From: a candidate division WOR-3 bacterium
Lineage (GTDB): Bacteria > Hydrothermota > Hydrothermia > LBFQ01
Length of the DNA stretch: 42,019 nucleotides
Direction: 5' to 3'
Assembly: GCA_039802605.1 (NCBI GenBank)
Contig: JBDRWW010000012.1
Span: forward strand, 1-42,019
Made by a program: the position numbers and the translations under genes. Shown one piece after another: positions 37,057 through 42,019 of the stretch (its first letter is position 1; the number at the start of each line of letters is the position of its first letter). The notes beneath the pieces are model-generated. The model ran no database searches. It saw only the letters and a program-made list of their open reading frames with translations, and was not told where the DNA came from.

Positions 37057-37784
37057 TAAAACTCGTAAATATTGAAAAATCATTTGGAAGCAACCATGTG
37101 TTAAGAGGGGTGAATTTGGAGGTTCAGGATGGGGAAACCGTTCTCGTGGTAGGGAAAAGCGGTATAGGTAAGTCAGTCCTCGTAAAATGCGTGGTTGGGC
37201 TTTTAAAACCGGATAAAGGGGAGGTATGGATAGACGGTATAAGGGTTGATGTGTTGAATGATAGGGAATTAAACAAACTGCGTAAGAGGTTTGGTTATGT
37301 TTTTCAACATTCGGCATTGTTTGACTGGATGGATGTTTTGGATAATGTTATGTTGCCTTTAAAAGAGATGGGGGTTAAACCCTCGGAGGCTAGGGATAAG
37401 GCCTTAGAAGTATTGAAAAGGGTGGGGCTTGAAGGCGTTGAGAATAAGTATCCCAATGAACTTTCGGGTGGCATGAGAAAAAGGGTTGGAATAGCAAGGG
37501 CGATAATAACGAATCCCGATTATTTGTTTTACGATGAACCCACGAGCGGTTTAGATCCACTAACATCAAGGTTGATATACGACCTTATGGAAGAACTAAA
37601 CGAAGAATTATCCTGCACAACAATAATAATCACCCATGACATTGAACTTATAAGGAGGTTTGGTAAAAGGGTTTTGTACTTGGATAACGGCACTATAGAA
37701 TTTGATGGTCCGGTTGAAAACGCCCACCTATCCCCTTCTTTTTCCAAATTCCTCGGCAATCTTCCCAATTATACCAAGGGATGA
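37053..37784 (+). CDS. ABC ATPase, MlaF/Mkl type
   Basis: GKSGIGKS, FQ.SALFD, LSGGMRKRVGIARA and YDEPTSGLDP. Confidence 0.88.
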   Translation: MIKLVNIEKSFGSNHVLRGVNLEVQDGETVLVVGKSGIGKSVLVKCVVGLLKPDKGEVWIDGIRVDVLNDRELNKLRKRFGYVFQHSALFDWMDVLDNVMLPLKEMGVKPSEARDKALEVLKRVGLEGVENKYPNELSGGMRKRVGIARAIITNPDYLFYDEPTSGLDPLTSRLIYDLMEELNEELSCTTIIITHDIELIRRFGKRVLYLDNGTIEFDGPVENAHLSPSFSKFLGNLPNYTKG

Positions 37785-38831
37785 CCTAGGTTTTCCAATT
37801 CTTCTCGCGTTTTCCGACATTTTTTTAATCTTTTCGGGGGACATCAAAAGTTCAAGGAGAATATTTGTAGCGTTTTCTGATGTTTTCGCGTTTATACCCG
37901 CCCCATACCTTTCAATTGCCCTAGCATTACCCTCCTCCTGACCTGGCATACTCCTTATAAATATCATAGGCAAACCAACCGCCAAACTCTCCGCAACTGA
38001 AACCCCACCCGCCTTGGTTATGAATATATCCGAAGCCCTCATAATATCCGGCACAAAATCCACAAAGGGATACACGACACCTTCTATGTTCAAATGCTTT
38101 AACAATCCCCTGTATTTCTCATAAGCCTCCCTTTTCTTTCCGGCCAAGATAACCACAAAAATATCTTTTCTGTCCTTTAACCCGCGTATTATGGGTTCAA
38201 TGGGGACGGAATCATAAGAACCGGCGGAAAAAAGTATAACCCTTTTATCCTTTGGATACCCCAATTCCCCGCGGATTAACTCCCCATCCTTTTCTTCCCA
38301 AAAAGCCTTTCGTAATGGTATTCCGGTTATATAAATTTTTTCCTCATCCACACCGTAATTTATTAAATCCCTTGCGGTATCTTCCAAACCCACAAAATAA
38401 CCATCAGTCCCTTCCCAAACCCACAAGGGATGGGCTACAAAATCCGTAATAACGGTAAATACAAGTGTGTTTTTAAACCTCGTCTGGTATATTAAGCCTA
38501 TGAGGGATGTCAGAAAGTGCGTGCTTATTATGACATCGGGTTCAAAATTGCGTAAAGGCTCCATAAATTTGTCCTTAAACACAAACTCGTAAATCTTTCT
38601 AACGGGTTTTGACGACGGTATCGGGTTGTAATAAAACATTTTCCACGCCAAGTGTCCCTTCCTCATCATTAACTCAAAGGCCCATGATGAAACCTTTTCA
38701 ACTATACCTCCGGATTTTACAACATCCAAAGAGGAAAACTCGTACCCCAAATGCCTTAAGGCGTCTTCAATTCCCCTCGCCGCTATTACATGCCCGCTTC
38801 CGTATTCCGCCGTAAGAACGAATACCCTCAT
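37728..38831 (-). CDS. Diacylglycerol glycosyltransferase (MGDG synthase/UgtP-like, GT28)
   Basis: GSGH, PDVIISTH, VITDF..H..W, TGIP, KAGG and PGQEEGNA; likely start ATG 38831 (track start 38840). Confidence 0.88.
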   Translation of the reverse strand: MRVFVLTAEYGSGHVIAARGIEDALRHLGYEFSSLDVVKSGGIVEKVSSWAFELMMRKGHLAWKMFYYNPIPSSKPVRKIYEFVFKDKFMEPLRNFEPDVIISTHFLTSLIGLIYQTRFKNTLVFTVITDFVAHPLWVWEGTDGYFVGLEDTARDLINYGVDEEKIYITGIPLRKAFWEEKDGELIRGELGYPKDKRVILFSAGSYDSVPIEPIIRGLKDRKDIFVVILAGKKREAYEKYRGLLKHLNIEGVVYPFVDFVPDIMRASDIFITKAGGVSVAESLAVGLPMIFIRSMPGQEEGNARAIERYGAGINAKTSENATNILLELLMSPEKIKKMSENARRIGKPRSSLGIIGKIAEEFGKRRG

Positions 38832-39297
38832 TCTTTGCAAATAACCCCCTTAATATCAATCCCATTATACCCAAGGAAACATAAACATCCGCAAGGTTAA
38901 AGGTAAACCACCTGAGGTTTCCTACTCCTATATCCACAAAATCAACAACGGCTCCGTTTATGATCCTATCCGTAATATTCCCTATTGCCCCACCCAGTAT
39001 AAGGGCGTACATCAGTTTAGAAAAATTATCGTTTTCTCTGATTAAAAGATATGCTACAAGGATGGCCAAGGCGATGGCAACATAGGCATAAGGAAAACTT
39101 TCGCCAAGGGATATTCCAAATGCCGTGTTTGGGTTTAATACGAGTGTAAATCTTAACAAATCTCCTATAATATTTACCGGCTTCATATAAGGCATGTTAT
39201 GTAAAACCCAAAACTTCGTTAATAGGTCTATTATGCCCAGAATAACGGATAAAAGGAAGAGAAAAGTGGTTTTATAAAGGGAAGTCATCATCCTCAT
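38767..39297 (-). CDS. lspA: Lipoprotein signal peptidase II
   Basis: D..TK, N...AFG, GGAIGN..DR...GAVVDF and FNLAD; exact start uncertain. Confidence 0.93.
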   Translation of the reverse strand: MRMMTSLYKTTFLFLLSVILGIIDLLTKFWVLHNMPYMKPVNIIGDLLRFTLVLNPNTAFGISLGESFPYAYVAIALAILVAYLLIRENDNFSKLMYALILGGAIGNITDRIINGAVVDFVDIGVGNLRWFTFNLADVYVSLGIMGLILRGLFAKNEGIRSYGGIRKRACNSGEGN

Positions 39298-39550
39298 TTT
39301 CAGAGAAGTCGTCCATATCCTTTAAAGAATCTATATCTACGATTTTTTTACTGGCTATGGCATAGGATAGCCTATCCAAAAACTCCTCAGCCTCGGAATA
39401 TGTTGGAAATGTTTCCAAAAGTATGGGTTGCGATCCGAATACGCCGGCAAGTACGGAATAATTCCCGTTTATCTCCCTATCTATCCAAAACTCGTGTATC
39501 CTATCCATACGGATTATCCTATCCCGCGTTTTCAACCATTTAAACTTCAT
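39272..39550 (-). CDS. Small hypothetical protein with an acidic C-terminus
   Basis: 92-aa ORF filling the gap between fusA and lspA; ATGA overlap with fusA. Confidence 0.65.
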   Translation of the reverse strand: MKFKWLKTRDRIIRMDRIHEFWIDREINGNYSVLAGVFGSQPILLETFPTYSEAEEFLDRLSYAIASKKIVDIDSLKDMDDFSENEDDDFPL

Positions 39551-41637
39551 TTCGCCTTTTGAAGATCCTTTTTCTTTTCCTCAATTATCTTTTGCGCTAT
39601 ATTCTGTGGAACTTCGGCATAATGGTCAAAAAACATAACAAAGTATGCCCTACCCTGTGTAATTGACCTCAGATCGCTTGCGTAGGCCATAAGTTCCGCC
39701 AGTGGAACCAAGGCTGTTATAACCTTAGCATTTCCCCTATCCTCTAAGGCCTTTATATGTCCCCTTCTGGCACCTATATCCCCAATAACATCTCCAAGGT
39801 ATTCCTCGGGTGTCACCACTTCAAGCCTCATAATGGGTTCAAGTAATACCGGGTTGGCCATTTTTAGCGCTTCCCAAAAAGCGGTTTTGGATGCTATCTT
39901 AAATGCCAATTCGGAAGAGTCCACCTCGTGGTAAGAACCATCAACGAGTTCAACCCTTACATCCACAACGGGATAACCCGCCAAAACCCCTTTTTGCATA
40001 GCCTCTTCTATACCCTTTTGAACGGCTGGTATGAATTCCTTCGGTATCTTTCCCCCTACAATCTTATCAACGAATTCAAACCCTTTACCCCTTTCAAGGG
40101 GTTCAACATTTATTATAACATGCCCGTATTGACCTCTACCTCCCGTCTGCCTGATAAACTTCCCTTCGACCATCTGAACGGGTTTCTTAATAGTTTCCCT
40201 ATAAGCAACCCTTGGGGGACCCACTTCCACATTTAGCCCGAAGTTTCTCCTCATTATATCAACCTTTATTTCCAGATGCAATTCACCCATACCCGCTATG
40301 ATAGTTTCGTTCGTTTCGTGATCAACCCAGAACTTGAAACTCGGATCCTCCTCGGCCAGTTTAACTAAGACATTAGATAGTTTTTCTTCATCGGATTTTG
40401 ATGTGCCTTTAATCGCCTGAGATATTACGGGTTCGGGTACTTCAAGGCTTTCAAGGATTATTGGGTTGTTTTCATCTGCCAATGTATCACCGGTTATTGT
40501 ATCTTTTAATCCAACAACCGCACCTATGTCCCCAGCCCTTAACTCCTGTACATCCTCTTGCATGTTTGCGTGCATCCTAACCAACCTTGAAATCCTTTCC
40601 CTCTTGCCTTTATTTACATTATAAACATATGTTCCGGATTGTAAAACTCCCGAATAGACCCTAATATATACGAGTTTCCCTATGTACCTATCTATTTGAA
40701 CCTTAAATGCCAAAGCCGCCAAGGGTTCGGTATCCTTTGGCTCCCTTAAAACCTCCTTACCATCCGGTGTTTTACCCTTTATAGCACCCCTATCAAGTGG
40801 AGAGGGTAGATAATCAATAACGGCATCCAACAGTGGTTGTATCCCCTTGTTTTTATAAGCGGAACCGCAGAAAACCGGAACGGCCTTAAATGCCAGAGTG
40901 GCCCTCCTTATGGCTTGCTTCAATTCTTCATTTGATATGGGCTTTTCCTCTAAATATTTCTCCAATATCTTTTCATCAACCTCCGCCAACCTCTCAATCA
41001 AAACGCCTCTCCAAAATTCCGCCTCATCCTTTAACTCATCCCTTATTTCCCTATATTCGTACTTTGCCCCCAGCGTTTCCTCAAGCCAAACGATTTCCTT
41101 CATCTCAACGAGGTCTATTACCCCCGAGAATTCGGATTCGGAACCTATGGGGTATTGCATGGGCAAGGGTATTGCCCCAAGCTTCTTTTCAATTGATTCT
41201 ATGGACTTAAAGTAATCCGCTCCTACTTTATCCATTTTGTTTACAAAAGTTATTCTCGGGACTTTATACTTTTCGGCCTGTCTCCAAACGGTCTCACTCT
41301 GCGGTTCAACCCCCTGTGATGCGTCAAGTATGAATATTGCGCCATCCAAAACCCTCAATGCCCTTTCAACCTCAATTGTGAAATCCACATGCCCTGGGGT
41401 ATCAATAATGTTTATTTGGTAACCTTTCCAAAAGCATGTGGTTGATGCGGATGTTATAGTTATACCCCTCTCCCTCTCTTGCTCCATCCAGTCCATCGTG
41501 GCTTCGCCTTCATGAACCTCACCTATTTTGTGTTTTCTTCCGGTGTAATAAAGTATCCTTTCAGTCGTAGTGGTTTTTCCCGCATCTATATGCGCAATAA
41601 TACCTATATTTCTGACCTTGCTTATATCGTAATTCAC
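39547..41637 (-). CDS. fusA: Elongation factor G
   Basis: [31 protein letters not shown] and [14 protein letters not shown] Shine-Dalgarno and TATAAT (41668-41663) upstream. Confidence 0.98.
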   Translation of the reverse strand: MNYDISKVRNIGIIAHIDAGKTTTTERILYYTGRKHKIGEVHEGEATMDWMEQERERGITITSASTTCFWKGYQINIIDTPGHVDFTIEVERALRVLDGAIFILDASQGVEPQSETVWRQAEKYKVPRITFVNKMDKVGADYFKSIESIEKKLGAIPLPMQYPIGSESEFSGVIDLVEMKEIVWLEETLGAKYEYREIRDELKDEAEFWRGVLIERLAEVDEKILEKYLEEKPISNEELKQAIRRATLAFKAVPVFCGSAYKNKGIQPLLDAVIDYLPSPLDRGAIKGKTPDGKEVLREPKDTEPLAALAFKVQIDRYIGKLVYIRVYSGVLQSGTYVYNVNKGKRERISRLVRMHANMQEDVQELRAGDIGAVVGLKDTITGDTLADENNPIILESLEVPEPVISQAIKGTSKSDEEKLSNVLVKLAEEDPSFKFWVDHETNETIIAGMGELHLEIKVDIMRRNFGLNVEVGPPRVAYRETIKKPVQMVEGKFIRQTGGRGQYGHVIINVEPLERGKGFEFVDKIVGGKIPKEFIPAVQKGIEEAMQKGVLAGYPVVDVRVELVDGSYHEVDSSELAFKIASKTAFWEALKMANPVLLEPIMRLEVVTPEEYLGDVIGDIGARRGHIKALEDRGNAKVITALVPLAELMAYASDLRSITQGRAYFVMFFDHYAEVPQNIAQKIIEEKKKDLQKAK

Positions 41638-41663
41638 CTTACACCTCCTTTTACAAGTGGGAA

Positions 41664-42019
41664 TTATAAACCTGAAAAATCTTTTGGTTTAAAGTTCTTA
41701 GGGTTTAAAACCTTAACATCCTTGCCGTCTTTATGCTTTAAAACGATTAAACCCTTCTTACTAGCATACCTATCAATACCCTTCTGTATCCTCATTCCGG
41801 CAACGGCACCATACAACCTAAAACCTTTATACTCATAAAACACCTTTAAAAACTTATTCTTTAATCTTTCCTCAAACTCATCAACATCCCCTTTTTTTAA
41901 TGTGGTTTTCACCTCAACGACAATAACATAATCTTTTCCAACGGCCAACGCATCAACTTCCATATCCTTCCTTTTCCTATACTCCTCCAAGTAAAACCCT
42001 TTAAACCCCAACTCCTTTA
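41664..42019 (-). CDS. Partial PD-(D/E)XK-fold protein (DUF3782-like); 5' end outside the window
   Basis: EVDALAV...VVEVK motif; reading frame open to the window edge. Confidence 0.6.
   Translation of the reverse strand, partial: KELGFKGFYLEEYRKRKDMEVDALAVGKDYVIVVEVKTTLKKGDVDEFEERLKNKFLKVFYEYKGFRLYGAVAGMRIQKGIDRYASKKGLIVLKHKDGKDVKVLNPKNFKPKDFSGL

Noticed and set aside
37728..37784. 57-nt convergent overlap between the MlaF-like gene and the glycosyltransferase gene
   Set aside because: Short tail overlaps recur throughout this compact genome, and there is no sign of a dedicated antisense function.
59..41838. Many short antisense or alternate-frame ORFs in the track (e.g. 3360..3833+, 17676..18209+, 26366..26734+, 25680..25982+)
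   Set aside because: They overlap well-supported genes, have no family motifs, and show the Ser/Phe/Pro-rich composition of shadow ORFs.
1..42019. CRISPR array, IS element, prophage or rRNA
   Set aside because: I saw no regularly spaced repeats, transposase, phage genes or long non-coding tracts; the intergenic gaps are all short.

Overview
A gene-dense 42-kb bacterial chromosomal segment (diderm, since it carries waaA, bamD, a TonB-dependent receptor and FadL). Type IX secretion (T9SS)-like and FlgD-like C-terminal tails suggest an FCB-group lineage such as WOR-3, probably thermophilic; this placement is inference. It holds about 40 CDSs of shuffled housekeeping, envelope and repair genes (rpsP-khpA-rimM-gatA, stand-alone fusA, lspA, sppA, Mre11/SbcD, HerA, MutS2-like, FTCD) and two tRNAs (Ala-GGC, Gly-GCC) without encoded CCA. 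I saw no CRISPR array, integrase or transposase. The two strongest unexplained patterns run across the whole window. (1) At least eight predicted exported or outer-membrane proteins begin with only 6-10 apolar residues and no Lys/Arg n-region, while the lipoproteins keep normal signal peptides. (2) Nearly every operon-leading gene has a TANAAT -10 box, a usually C-rich 6-12 nt spacer and then the start codon, which points to pervasive leaderless transcription. Also notable are a NadD-RNase HI fusion, a MutS2 without Smr, tandem Uma2 paralogues sharing a 57/59-nt block, and an unlisted XapX/DUF1427 small gene.
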